Assembly: GCF_009834535.1 (NCBI RefSeq)
Contig: NC_045711.1
Location: 25,048,001 to 25,112,000 of the forward strand
From: Camelus ferus
Lineage: Eukaryota
Length of the DNA: 64,000 bases
Direction of reading: 5' to 3'
Below the pieces are notes generated by a model. The model had not been told where the DNA came from. It ran no database searches and was given only the letters and a program-made list of their open reading frames with translations. This document shows positions 51,240 through 63,470 of this stretch, one piece after another (position 1 is the stretch's first letter; each line of letters starts with the position of its first letter). The translations under genes and the position numbers were made by a program.

Positions 51240-51630
51240 ATAGGGAAACATTTATAAAGGTTTTATCCAGTCAGCCTCCAGGGACTTCCCACTGTATTTG
51301 GAATAAAATCCAAACTCCCTCTAGGATCTTCACATGGTCCTACTCTCTTGCTGGTAACCAGTACCTGATGGCTCCCCGGCCAGTGAAGTTTCCCTGGAGT
51401 ACCCCACTAGCTACTCCCTGCCACATCCAGAGCACTTCCCTCATGACCCTGTTTCATTTTCCTCATATGCTTAAAACTTTGAGAAATCATCTTCACAGAT
51501 TTTTCTTGCTCACTGCCCGTGGAGCCCCACTAGAAAGTACGTGTCCTGAGGTCAAAACCTAGGTTGTCTTATTCCCACCGTGTCCTCGGCACCTGGCACA
51601 GGGCACTCCACGATATTTTTTGGAAGGATT
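51240..51630 (+). mobile_element. L2 3' end
   Basis: ggaataaaatccaaactcc...ccccactagaaagt...gcacctggcacag, typical L2a terminus. Confidence 0.65.
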
Positions 51631-53077
51631 TTAAAGCAAGGGGCAGGGGGAAAGGGTTGCACTGCAAGGGTTGAGGGGCTGGATGGGATGGCTCCCTGAG
51701 ACCTCATCCACCTTGAACTTCTGCGGCTGTGGGATCTCACAGACACAGTACCTCTGAGGGGCAGAAGGGGCTGAGTGGCATTCGTTCCCAGAGTCAGGAA
51801 GATGAGCAGCAGGAGAGGGCCCAAGACATTGATGGAGAGGTCCCTCCCTCTGGGACACTCAGAGGCCTTCCTGCCCATCTCTGCCTCAGCACCCGTTCAC
51901 CCTAGTGGAGCCCTTAGCATAACCCGCGGTCCTCCTGTGACCGCCTTCTTCACCTGCAGTCTGTCCCCGGGCACTGTATGGCCCAGCCCTGCTCTCTGCT
52001 TCACCTCTGTATCCCAGGTGCCTACTACTGGGGAGTCTTCTCACTGGACACGTGCTGGGAACAGGACTGAACCCCATGAAGCAAGAGTTATCACCCCCAC
52101 TTACGGGAAAGAAGCTGAGGCTGTTGAGTAACTTGCCTAAAGTCCCAGAAGATGAGGAGCCCTTTGCCACTCCCATGGGAAAAGGTGTCCCTTTAGTAGC
52201 CACCAGAACAGCTAATCCTACCACGGGCAGATGCCAGGTTCATCCAGGAGCAGGGACACGTAGAAACGCTCTGGCAGGCCTCTGGCTTCTCAGACACATT
52301 TACGCCCTCTCTGCTGAGCTGGTGAACCAGCCTCGTACTGGCACTGCAGATGCAACGCAGGGTTCGGGGGTGGGACTTATCTCTGCTGTCAAGCTTTGTG
52401 ATACGATGAAGCCTGAGTCACTCTCTGGCTGCTGAGTCATCATCACACCCAGGTGTGCCTGCGTGGGGCACTGCTGCCCAGGTCAGGGACAATCAGATGG
52501 CATCTGCTGGAGGATGGGGGTAGAGGCGGCCTCGGGACAGCCAGCCCCACCTGCTCCCCATGCGCAAGCCTAGGAAGCCTCCAAGGATGGATCAGGTGCC
52601 TGCCAGAGCTCACCAGCTGCCCGGGCCCCAACAGCAGCAGGGAATTCTTGAAACCCCTCTGCCTGGCAGGCAGCGACCCTCAGAGATGAAAAGAGGAGTG
52701 ACAGGCTGTAAAGAGAAGGGCTTCAGGGTAAACAGGCTGAGCAGGAGCAACCACCATGGAGCTGAGGACCCATGAGAAGCTGAAGCCATGGCTGCTTTGT
52801 GCTTTCCCCTGAGTTCACCTCTGTGAACCTGCCCTGAAGAACAAGATGGGTTGTAGAAAGAGCAACACACAACCTGGAAGCTTCCTAAACAAGGCCCAAC
52901 GAGAGCAAACTGGTTAAATAAACTATGGTACATCTGTGTGATGAAAAAAGTATACAGTTCCAAAAATCCCATTTTCAAAGAATACTTAATGTGGGAAAAT
53001 GCTTGCAATAGAAGGTTAAAGAGAAAAAAAAGACATTAAATTGTATAATAAAATTGCAATAAAAAAAAATAGGTCCA

Positions 53078-53322
53078 AGGCAGGAGGGTATAGCTCAAGT
53101 AGTAGAGCGCATGCCTAGCATGCATAAGGTCCTGGGTTCGATCCCCAATACCTCCTCTAGAAATAAATAAACCTAATTACCTCCTGCCCCTAGGGGGAAA
53201 AAAAAAAGGAAAAAACTTATATGAAAACAAATATATGTATATATATGCATGACTGGGACATTGTATTGATGTCCCAGAAATTGATACATTGTAACTGACT
53301 ATACTTCAGTTTTTTAAAGAAA
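53078..53322 (+). mobile_element. Vic-1-like SINE followed by a camelid-type L1 3' tail, possibly one chimeric insertion
   Basis: SINE at 53078-53210, then gcatgactgggacatt...acattgtaactgactatacttca. AGGTCCA on both sides (53071-53077 and 53323-53329). Confidence 0.75.
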
Positions 53323-53829
53323 AGGTCCAGTAAGATGTCACTTATTCTGAGAGCCCTCCATGAGCACCCTAATCAGCCCCTCTCCCAACGATGCCCTCCC
53401 CTTAGCACCTTTATTTTTCTTCATACCTCAGGGTTCTTTGTCAACACATTGGCTGTTGTCCCACTAAACTACAAACTCCTTAAGAATGGGTCTTTTGCCT
53501 TGCCATATCCTGTGGCCTCAGCCCCAGATGCTTAATAAATGTTACATGAATAGTTACATTAAAAAGAGACAGGCTGGGAACACACCAAAATGGTAATAAT
53601 AGTTGGTCATCTCTGTGTAGTAGGATTATGGGTAATTTTTAATTTTCTTTATTCTTTATTTTCCTCCATGAACATGTTATTTTTGTTATGTTAGTTTTCC
53701 TCCATGAACATGTTCATTTTTATAACCAGGAAAAAGATGATGTTCTTTTTTTAAAGCTGACATTCACTCAGAAAGGAGAACAACTCACCAAATGACACCA
53801 TTAAAAGAAGTAAAAACGAAAAAAAAAGA

Positions 53830-54760
53830 AAAAGGAAGTAAAAAGGCAAAAGAAGAAAATATTCACAGAATACGTTATCTGACAGAGGACTCATATCCAG
53901 AATAAATAACTCCTGCATATCAATAAAAGATGAACGATAAAAGACTTGGATAAACTCTGCACAAAAAGGCCATTATGTGAAAATGTGCTTAGCATTCCTT
54001 ATCAGAGAAATGAAAATTACCACCACAATAAGAGGCCACTACACACCCATCATAATGGCTAAAACCAAAAAGACTGACAATACTAAGTGTGGGTGGGGAG
54101 GTGGAACCATTGGAAGGCTCATGCTGGTGGTGAGGAGTGTGACGCATAATTACTATGGAAAACTATTTGGCAGCTTCTAAGAAAGTTAAACCTAAATCTA
54201 CCCTATGAGTCAGCAACTCTACTCCTACCAGAATCTGAGAAAAATGAGTACATACATATATAAGGAATCTCCCCGAGAGACTACACATGTGTACAAGAAC
54301 TTGTATAAAAACTCATAACAGCTTTATTCATAAGGCTCCAACAAGAAACAGAAATCTCCATCAACAGGTGAACAGAGGAGCAAATTCTGGCATAGTCATA
54401 CAAAGACATGAACTAATGATACTGTTACAACTTGGATCTTAAAAACATCACGTTGAGTGAAAGAAACCAGACAAAAGAGTATATTCTGTACTTTATATGA
54501 AGTTCAAGAACAGGCAAAACGAATCCATGGGGAAAGAGGTTAGAGCAGGGGCTACCTCTGGGTGGAAGACGCTAACTGCCAGGTGGTATGAGAGACCTTT
54601 TTGGGGAGATGGAAACATTCTGTATCTTGATTTAAGTGCTGGTTACATAGATGTACACATACCTTAATGAATTTAAAGAATCATCAAAATGACGCTTAAG
54701 ATATGTGCATTTCACTGTGGGTTGTTGATTATGCTGCAATTTAAAAACTGACTACCAAGC
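53830..54760 (+). mobile_element. Old L1 (L1M) ORF2 end and 3'UTR
   Basis: Degenerate ORF2 text (cagaggactcatatccagaata, ccactacacacccatcataatggctaaaa, actatggaaaactatttggcag). Confidence 0.75.
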
Positions 54761-56639
54761 AAAAAGGAGAACAAGTTCTGACTGGCTGATGAACATGTTT
54801 TGGACAAAAACAGACAAGACAGAGAGAAAGAGGAAAAAAAGGCAAAGTCAGGGCCCTTCTAGACGCAGGGAGCTGCAGAAGCCCCCAGGGAGACGCAAAA
54901 GAGAAAACCCCAAGTGCGGCCTGGGAAGAGAAAGCAGGTGGTGGCTCAGAGAGGTCAGGTCACAAAGCAAGTAGGATGTTGGGGCTGGAAGGGACGAGAG
55001 GGCCTAAGGATTGTCCTGGGGATTAAATGAACTCACGCTGACAAGTGCTTAGCCAGCACCTGGCGCCTCTGAGGGTGGAGAGAGTGGCTTGAGACATGAC
55101 TACATCTGAGGACCCGCCTGCCCCAGGGTCCTGGGCTGGCCACAGTCCATCCTGGGGCAAAATCTTCATTTGGGACTATTTGTTCTGAAGTTTTACTTCA
55201 GCATCTTGAAAATGGTTCTCTCTGAAATTTTGAGTTTGAGGGACAGAACAGTCTATAGAGACAGTTACTGTTATGTGTAAGAAGCTGAGGGACAAATACC
55301 CACGTATGTATTGCTTACATTTGCTAGTTTCCTATTGGAGGGGCAGGGTGGAAGGGACAGGACTTCTCTGAAAATACACTATAATATGGTTCTGACTTAG
55401 ATGGATGTGTTTTGTATAATTAAAAAACAATTTAAATCAAAAGAAAAAAATATCATGGCTTTTCCCACTTCTGACCTGTACTCAAGTCTAGAAATTTATC
55501 CTACAGGTAGATGCCCAGAGAGAAGTGACGCACAAATAAGGGTATTCACTGCGGCACTGGTTGTGAGAGCAAAATGGAAACAATGTAAGTAGCCAGCCAA
55601 AGGGGTCCCTTCCCACCAGGGATGTTGTGCAGCATTTACAAAGAACGAGGGGGCTCTTTATGGGCTGATACTGCAAGTGTGCCAAGATATGATGCTAAGT
55701 TAAAAAAAAAAAAAAGGCAGAATATAGATATAGAATATAACATGTCTAGAACATGCAAAAAGGTATACATAGTATACATATAAATATATACATATTTGTT
55801 TATAAATCCTAAAAATATCTCTGGGAGGATACACAAGAAACTAGCAATGGTTGCCTCCAGAAAAAGCTAAGGAGGGAGTTACTGTTCACTATACACCCTT
55901 TTGAATTCTGTACCACTTGAATCAATTACGTATTCACATAAATTACTAAAACACACACGTACACCCTGCTGGTGCCTAGAACTAAAGCACAAGGGGAACT
56001 GGTCTCTGCAAGTCAGGCAGGGATGGTGGGGGCTGCCTGGAGCCAGCCTTCTGAGCTAGTGTGGAAGGGAGCAGTGGGTGAGAGCATCCAACTTACCTCT
56101 TTCCTGCAAGGGGAATCCTGCAGCACTTGGATGGCTGAAGAATTTCTTTTTAAGCAGACAGATGTGTGACCCCAGGACCTTAGGTGATCAGTGAGAGAAG
56201 GTGGTACAGGAGAACCCCAGAATAAGGAGGACCAAGCCACGGCTCCGTGGTGGGCAGATCTAGCTAGAATCCCAGGAATGCCCCTGAAGACCTAGGTGAG
56301 CACAGCAAGCAACTCTATTTCTCCATGCCTAGATTTCCTCATCAGTAAAATGGGCAGAGAGAATTAAATTATGTAAGACCCTGCCTCGCACACAGTAGAT
56401 GTGGACCAAGCATACATCTGTTTATACCCCCGGAGGCTGGCACAGGGCACACCTGCAACTCACACACAGAGGAAGGGCCGGCACACCCAGGCAGAGTTTA
56501 ACAGTGAGAAAGCAGCTGCCCTTGAAACCAGCACTGAGGTCAAGGACTGATACACTGTCAGCGATCCAGAAGCCTCTGCATATTCTTCCTTGATTCAATT
56601 CTCTCCCCCCTCAAAGGTGAACACTTTCCTGACTTGTAA

Positions 56640-57050
56640 TAATTTAATAAAATAATTTTAAATTAATAAGCAGGACCTTTTAAATTTTTACTAAAAGATA
56701 ATTTTACTACACACATATCCCTAAATACTGTAATTCAGTTCTGCCTGTTTTTGGCCTTTAGAGAAATGGACATTTACTGTACATATTATTATGTGTCTAG
56801 CATCATTCACTTAACATTATGTTTGAAGATGATTGTACAGAGCTGCTGTAGATTGCTCATTCAACTTGCTAAGTAGTATGAATGTCCAGAATGTTGATAT
56901 TCATTCCACTGTTGCCTCTTTCCAGTTTGGGACTGTTACAGATAATGCTGCTAGTGACATTTTTGCACAGATGTCTGCATGTACCCTGACCATATGGGTC
57001 ACCGGGCACACCTATCTTCAATTTTATTAAATACTGTTTTCTAAAGTGAG
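56640..57050 (-). mobile_element. Old L1 (L1ME-like) fragment
   Basis: Antisense L1 text (cattcacttaacattatgtttgaag, ttccagtttgggactgttacagataatgctgc). Confidence 0.6.
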
Positions 57051-57716
57051 GCCGCTCAGGAGTCATCTCCAGCCTTTTTCTGTGCGCCACTACCATCTGG
57101 TGGCAGCCACAAGTATTGCAGAAAATAGAACAGAGGAAAGTGATTTAATCTGAATTCTAGGAGGCCACCTACTTGAACCTATTGTTTTAGTAGCAAAACT
57201 GCCAAGGATTTGGTGATACCCTAGTATTCGACCAGTTTTCATGGAAGCAGAGAATTATCTCCTGGTCCCTTTACACCTCCGTACAGCATCTAGAATGGCG
57301 CAAGTGTGCCCACCTGCAAATCAACCAATGGTGCTTCGGGCCAACAATCCCAAATTCATGCCAAAGGCTGCCAGAGTTTTTATTTGGAGCAGGAGCTCTG
57401 AATTCTTTCACTCATTCCAGTAGTTACTGAGATCCTGGCTTTATAGCTGGTTCCTGATAATTCACCCATTCCCTATCGCCCATCCCAAACAAGGGCAGCT
57501 CTGGCCTGCCCCATGCCCATCTCCCAGTGGTACTTCCTCCTAATACTGCCCGGACACCCACTGTGAGGCTAAGGTTCAACTTTCGTATCTTCTCCTATCA
57601 TTCAATGATTCTTCTCCAGAAGGAAAGAATCTCTGGAGCAGAAAGGTAATAAGCCATCATCCCCTCCCACCTCACTTCTCCCAGAGAGGTAACTGTTTAT
57701 CCTCCAAAGGGTCTGA

Positions 57717-57836
57717 TGGGGAGGGTATAGCTCAAGTGGGGAGCGTCCGGGGTTCAATCCCCAGCACCTCCTCTAAAAATAAATAAATAGACATAATTAC
57801 CTCCCCCCACAAAAAAAGTAAATAAAAATTTTTTTA
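57717..57836 (+). mobile_element. Vic-1-like SINE with the anticodon arm deleted
   Basis: A and B boxes are kept and about 20 nt between them are lost. TSD AAAGGGTCTG at 57706-57715 and 57837-57846. Confidence 0.87.
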
Positions 57837-59891
57837 AAAGGGTCTGGATACCAGTCCTTGGATGGAGGCCTATGGGAACCTTGCAGCTGCAGATGCTTTA
57901 TTTCATTTAATTCTCTCAACAATTCTGTGAGGCAGGTACAGCTAGTGCCCGTAGTTAAGTCAGGAAATAAGGACTGGAATCCAGGCCTGCCTGACCCCAA
58001 AGCCCAGCTCTTACCAAACTCACTATGTCCCCTGCCAGCAAACCAACACTGGTTTTGGTTCTGTCAAACCATGCCCATGGGCAATCGAACCGAGCAGTTA
58101 TTCCAGAACCAGCCCTACTTAGGGCTGCAGCACCAAGTCATGGCCAGTCCTCTACACCTTCCCCTGCCCCTTCCATCCTCTTCCCCAGACCAAAAGGCCT
58201 GAGCATTTAGGACATAACAGAGATAAGCAAGGCACTCTGACCTCATGGAGATCACAATCTGACAGGCCACCAGAGATAAAAGACTCGGTGCTCCAAAGTG
58301 CAGACAGAATAAGCCCTGACGGTGTTTCTCACTGAGGACCACAGACATGAACAGAAACAGTAACAAAACACGTCTAAGCACTGCTGGGACTTTCCTTTTA
58401 AGTTATGCACAATAAATACAGGAGAAGTTTAATCTGCAGAGGATCCCACTGAGGGAGTCAATGCTAAGAAAGTTGTTGCTCTTGGGATTGGGGACCTTGC
58501 TCTGAGGGAAAGGAGGAGAAAAAAGAGGAGGAAAAGGCAGGAAATGTTAAACTGGTGATAACGATACTAACAATTCTAGACAAACTACCTTCACAGAGAC
58601 AGAGACATGCACACACGCTTTTGCTCCCCACGACAGTCCTGCCAGGCAGGCAAGGAAGCGTGGCTTGGAGGGACAGGACTCATCCACAAGAATTGGCTAT
58701 GAAGGGAAGTGGGGACCACAGACTTGGGGGCTTGGTCACCCAGGGGGTCACCCAGTCTGGAAAGCTGCCCAGGAGAGCAGGAACCCAGGCCCAGCCCTAG
58801 TCTCCCTCAAAACTCCCAGCTCAGTGGCCTGGATCTCAGAATGCTTCTGCCTTGGGAATGTTGCTTCCTGATCCTAGAAAACCTTGTCTTGGGTGACTGC
58901 TCTTTTTAGCAGTTTAGCTCCAGAGTCAGAAGTTTGAGTTGGAGGAGTTCTATTGCTCCCAGGTGGAGGTCTAGCCCCAGGTTTCTGCAGCGGCCACTAT
59001 CACCATTCAGATGGCAGAAGCTGTGGAGCAGAGTTCCAAAAAGAGAGGAGATGGAGGACTGACACTGGAGAAAATCTTCAAGTGACCAATTTTTCACAAT
59101 ATTTATTCAGCACAATAATCTTCCAGAGGGGCAGACCTGGGCACCTGGGGCTCCTGCCCCCAGCCCAGCCTTGGAGGGTCTCACTTGGGCCCTCTCCACA
59201 GGTAAGAGTCCAGGGAGCCATCGGAAGCCAATCCCCCTGCCCCCATACCCAGAGCCTGGGCCCTAAACCTGCTCCCACAGCTGCTTAGGCCTCTTCCCTA
59301 CATCCTGACGCCCAGGGCTGAACTCTGAGGGTGAACACTGTTGGTGCATACACTCCTGCATACACTCCTAAGTCCAATGAGTGGCCACAGGGCAGGTGTT
59401 TGTGAAGCTATGAACAGAGCTGTGATGTCTACACATGTGAGGCCTGTTGTGGTAAGAGGAGTCCCAGATACCACAAATTAGAGGCAGACCTGGAAGGTCT
59501 TTCCAAAATTTAAATCACACTTATCTATGATGTATTCAGGAAAAAAGACAAATTTGTTACTTGATTCTATCAAGGCTTTCAATCTAATTTCTAGGTTATA
59601 GCAGGAAATAAAGGGGATATAGGAACAAACTAAATGACACCATAAAGAGGCAACTAGACAATTCGGAAGATGGGACATTCTGCAGAATAGGTCCAGATCC
59701 TTCAACAATTAGTGTTATGAAAAAAGAGTCTGTTAATAATTTAAAAAGATATGATATAATTTATGTTGTGACTTCCTTCCAAAGAGCACAACACGGAAAG
59801 GCAGAGGGCTGGTTAAAGAGTAGCTTCACAGTGGAGAAACCTGACACTACTTCATCCAGGTGACCAAGGTTAATATCAAGAGTGATAAGTT

Positions 59892-60031
59892 GTGGGGAGG
59901 GTATAGCTCAGTGGCAGAGCTGCATGCTTAGCACACACAAGGTCCTGGGTTCAATCTCCAGTACCTCCATTAAATAAAGAAATAAACCTAATTACCCACC
60001 CCCTGGCCAAAGCCATAATTAAGGAAAAAAA
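59892..60031 (+). mobile_element. Vic-1-like SINE
   Basis: TSD AGTGATAAGT at 59881-59890 and 60033-60042. Confidence 0.9.
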
Positions 60032-60394
60032 CAGTGATAAGTCATGTTGACAGCAGAGACTCTTGATATGATGTAAATGAAAATGGCACTTTACCTCTGT
60101 GGTCATCCCCCTAAAATCCATATCCCAGTCTAATTATGAGAGAAACATCAGACAAGCCCCGAGGGAAAATCTACAAAATACCTGACCAGTACTCCTCAAA
60201 ACTGCCAAGGTCATCCCCCTCCCCCCTAAAAAAGGGGAAAATTTAAGAAACTGGCACGGCCCAGAGGAGCCTACGGAGACATGACAACTAAACGTAAGGT
60301 GGGATCCTGGAGCAGTAAAAGGATGTTAAAACTAAGGAAATAAGAATAAAGTATGGACTGGAGTTAATAATAATAATGGGTTGATATTGGTTTA

Positions 60395-60510
60395 ATTATT
60401 TATTGGGGGGTTATCAGATTGATTGATTATTTTAATGGTGGTACTGGGGATTGAACCCAGGACCCCGTGAATGCTAGGTGGTCTACCACTGAGCTGTACC
60501 TTCTCCCCTC
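60395..60510 (-). mobile_element. Vic-1-like SINE
   Basis: TSD ATATTGGTTTA at 60384-60394 and 60511-60521. Confidence 0.88.
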
Positions 60511-61396
60511 ATATTGGTTTATCAATTGTAACACATGTCCCTATATTAATGTAAGATGTTCATAACAGGGAAACTGGACGTGGCATATATGGAAACTCTC
60601 TATACTATCTTTGTAATTTTTCTAAAACTGTTCTAAAATACAAAGTTTGTTCAAAAGAAAGAAAGATAGATCTAAGGAACATAACAACCAGATTAAGTGC
60701 ATGGATCCTGGGTTGGATCCTGGTGTACACAAAACAACAACAAAAAAGTCCTTTTGAGAACCATTAGAGAAATTTGCATAACTGGATACTTAGTGATTAT
60801 TATTTAAGGTTTCATTCCCTGTGTAGATAAGATTATTTTCACTATGTAGAGAAATGCTATTTTTAAAAGATGCATGCTGAAGAAAAGATTTGCCCTCAGA
60901 ATAGATTCCAAACTCCTTCTCAACGCCAAGATCTGAGCTCCTGTTAAACTCTGGTGCCATCTCTCCAGCATCTATAACAATACCTTACTCACACAGTACA
61001 TGCCCAATAAAAATCTGTCCAGTGAAAAATTCAATAGGTCTTGGACCACCACAACAAAATGAGCCATAATCCATTCCAAGTCACTTCTACTTCTCTGGAT
61101 GTTAAAACATTAAGATAAAGATGTTTAAAAAGAGCACTCAAAACATCTTCCTCTCCAAGCGGCTTCAATCCATTCCCTCATTTATGATCTCATCTCTAAG
61201 CGGGAGGAAAGGCAGACGTGCAGAGGGAGCCCTGGGAGGGAGTTCCAGACCCGAATCAAGCGAGCTGTGAACCGTGGAGGGGGCTCAGACAATCGCTACT
61301 GAGGGGCTGCCTAAGAGATTCCTTTTCCAACTCATTTCTTACTCATTTATCTCATTACAGCCCATGAGGCATCTAGGAGACCGGCCCGATCCTTAC

Positions 61397-61540
61397 CAAT
61401 AGCAAACTCCACCAGGGTTTCATTCTCCTCCGACAGGGAATCGAGGAATAAATCCAGGACCTGCAGCTGCCGCAGATACTGGTAGTTACTGGGGTCATAG
61501 GCAAAGTTGGCGAGGTTGGCCAGTACTTGCTCCTTGGCGT
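61397..61540 (-). CDS. ARMC7: ARMC7 coding exon 2
   Basis: Acceptor ccactgcag, [48 protein letters not shown], donor gtaagg (144 nt). Confidence 0.96.
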
Positions 61541-61628
61541 CTGCAGTGGAAAAGCGGCACTGGAGCCAGGTCCGGGGCGGTGGTCGCAGACGCCGCCCCG
61601 CCCACTGCCCCAACCCTGCCGCTCTCAC

Positions 61629-61719
61629 CTTGGCTCTCCGTCTCCTGGAATTCCGTGACCAGCGCCTGCAGATATCCCAGCCGGCCGACATGCGGGTCTA
61701 CCTTCGGCTTCTGGGCCAT
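61629..61719 (-). CDS. ARMC7: ARMC7 coding exon 1
   Basis: acc[34 protein letters not shown], donor gtgaga, followed by an 88-nt intron. The three exons total 597 nt, giving 198 aa. Confidence 0.96.
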
Positions 61720-62460
61720 GGTCGGGCGGCGGAGGGCCCCCGAGGGGGCGGGCAGGAGCGTGTGGGAGGCGAGGCTGGAAAACCGGGCGCGAACCTCACC
61801 TAGCCCTCCACAGGTCCAGGGAGGGGCGAACCGGGGCAGGAAACAAGTTCCTTTCCGGGCTTCAGGTTCTGCAGTAAACTGCAGCTGAAACTGGGATGTG
61901 GGAAATGGGGTGGGGACTCAGGACCTCGTAAGAGTAGGGGTGAAAAACCCAAACTGGGGAGCGGGAGACCAGGACGCTGCTGCTACGTGCTGTAACGGGA
62001 AGGAGCGGCACCAGCCTGGTTTGATTTTCGCCTGGGTCCGGACTTCCGGGGTAAGCCGCGCTTAGCCCCGCCCCAGAGGGCGGAAGGGGCGGGGCCGTCG
62101 TTGAGCTCTGCGTGCCCGCGCTGCGCGCTTTTAGGCTCTTGGCTCAGGCAGGCGATCGTCTGCACCTGGACGTGGTGATGGATTGCTGCGGGTGCGTCGA
62201 AGAGCGCCTCTAGGGCCCTTAGAGGCTCAAAACTGCCGGGGGACGCCCATGTAGGGGACTGTAGAGACTAAAGCACCTCCAGACACCCCTGCATTGAAGG
62301 GGCGCAACCCAGGCTCCTCGACCGAGGGACGCTCCCTGGAACGCGTGTGTCGGCTCCCTCTGTTCCGCACGTGGGTCCTTTGACGCTACCTTCTCGTCGG
62401 CTTTTCCCAAAAGCCGGACGAATCTGGTACCCTCTGCTCCGCTACCCCGAGCAGTCTGCC
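61720..62460 (-). promoter_or_regulatory. ARMC7 CpG-island promoter and 5'UTR
   Basis: CpG-rich. ETS ACTTCCGG at 62042-62049 and a GC box near 62086-62096. Confidence 0.75.
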
Positions 62461-63249
62461 ACCTCTGGCCAGAAATCTCGGGAACTGGGTAATGTCCTAA
62501 GGTGTTTTGTCAGCCAGGTGGACAAGGAGCACAACGGGCAGCACTGTCGGGTCCTAGAAGGAGCCCAGGTGTACCGCTTTGGCGGCTTTCTGGGTTGTGG
62601 AGCTCCACCCTATGCTGGTCAGGATCTGCTCTATACTCTCTCTAGAGGAATCTCAGGATCAGCTAAGTGTGGGTGCTGGCATCAGAACACCCCATCCTCC
62701 CTCATTTGTCCCCTCCTAAGGCTTCAGGGACCCTCATCCTTGAGGAGGAATTCCTAGAACCTAGTTTTGTGCTGAGGGCAGTGACCAGGTCTTATTCCTC
62801 CGATTCGTCCCTGGCACACAGTAGATGCTCAATATTTGTTGAACGAATTCTGCCCAAGGATTATTGCCACTCTTGCCTGGAGGGCAGAGAAGGTCAAAGT
62901 CCCCCTATGCTGAATGTTTACTGAAATATTTTTTCCTTGAAAGAAACCAGTTTTGGGCAAGTGGGCCTAAAACGGGATGTACAGTGGAAACCCTTGTGGC
63001 TACTAGCACCAAAAGCATTCATCTATCCACTAGCCCGAACTCTCTCCTTTTCCACTCAGTTAAGATGGAGAGGGAGACAAGACCTGGTAAAATGGGTTCA
63101 AGAATTCCCCCTTAGGTACACAAGCTATATAGATGGTGACCAAACACATGACAGGGCTGGGAGCAGTGAGGCAGCAGGGGTCTTCAGATTCAGACTTTTC
63201 AAACTGGAAGAGACTTTAGCTTATCTAGACCAACCTTCCCCTTTTTCAA

Positions 63250-63325
63250 GACCCAGAGATGGTAAACAATTTGCCCAAAGTCACACAGCAAATTGTGGCA
63301 GAGTCAAGCATGAATTTAGGTCTCT
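63250..63325 (-). mobile_element. MIR fragment
   Basis: ttgcccaaagtcacacagcaaattgtggcagag, the reverse MIR core. Confidence 0.6.
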
Positions 63326-63352
63326 TCCCCAGAGCAGGTGAAGCTCTTTGCT

Positions 63353-63470
63353 TCACCTCTGTTCTACCTTCTTTGGCCATAAGGGGGCACTCACAGGTCC
63401 TGGAGAAGACAGTACATCCCCAAGGATGCTTACTCATGCCAGTTGGCCATGTGTTAGAGGAAAGCTGGAG
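63353..63470 (-). other. SLC16A5: Sequence homologous to the terminal exon of human SLC16A5 (MCT6), frameshifted here
   Basis: LQLSSNTWPTGMSKHPWGCTVFSRT resembles the recalled human tail CQSSRQPRPAGVNKHLWGCPASSRT. A shifted frame then gives LWPKKVEQR* against LWPKAVLQAK. Position and strand fit the synteny. Confidence 0.5.

Larger units (their letters stand above)
59500..60880 (+). mobile_element. L1MC/L1MB-type 3'UTR fragment hosting two SINEs
   Basis: cacagtggagaaacctgac...gagaaacatcagacaa...cctgaccagtactcctcaaaact...ggggaaactgg...ggaaactctctatactatc. Confidence 0.7.

Noticed and set aside
61347-61691. 114-aa minus-strand ORF containing ARMC7 exon 2
   Set aside because: It is a read-through of the 88-nt intron 1 from an out-of-frame ATG. 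The spliced model matches the known protein.
61891-61911. ZNF143/SBS-like motif in the ARMC7 promoter
   Set aside because: The match is only partial and lacks the ACTACA core.
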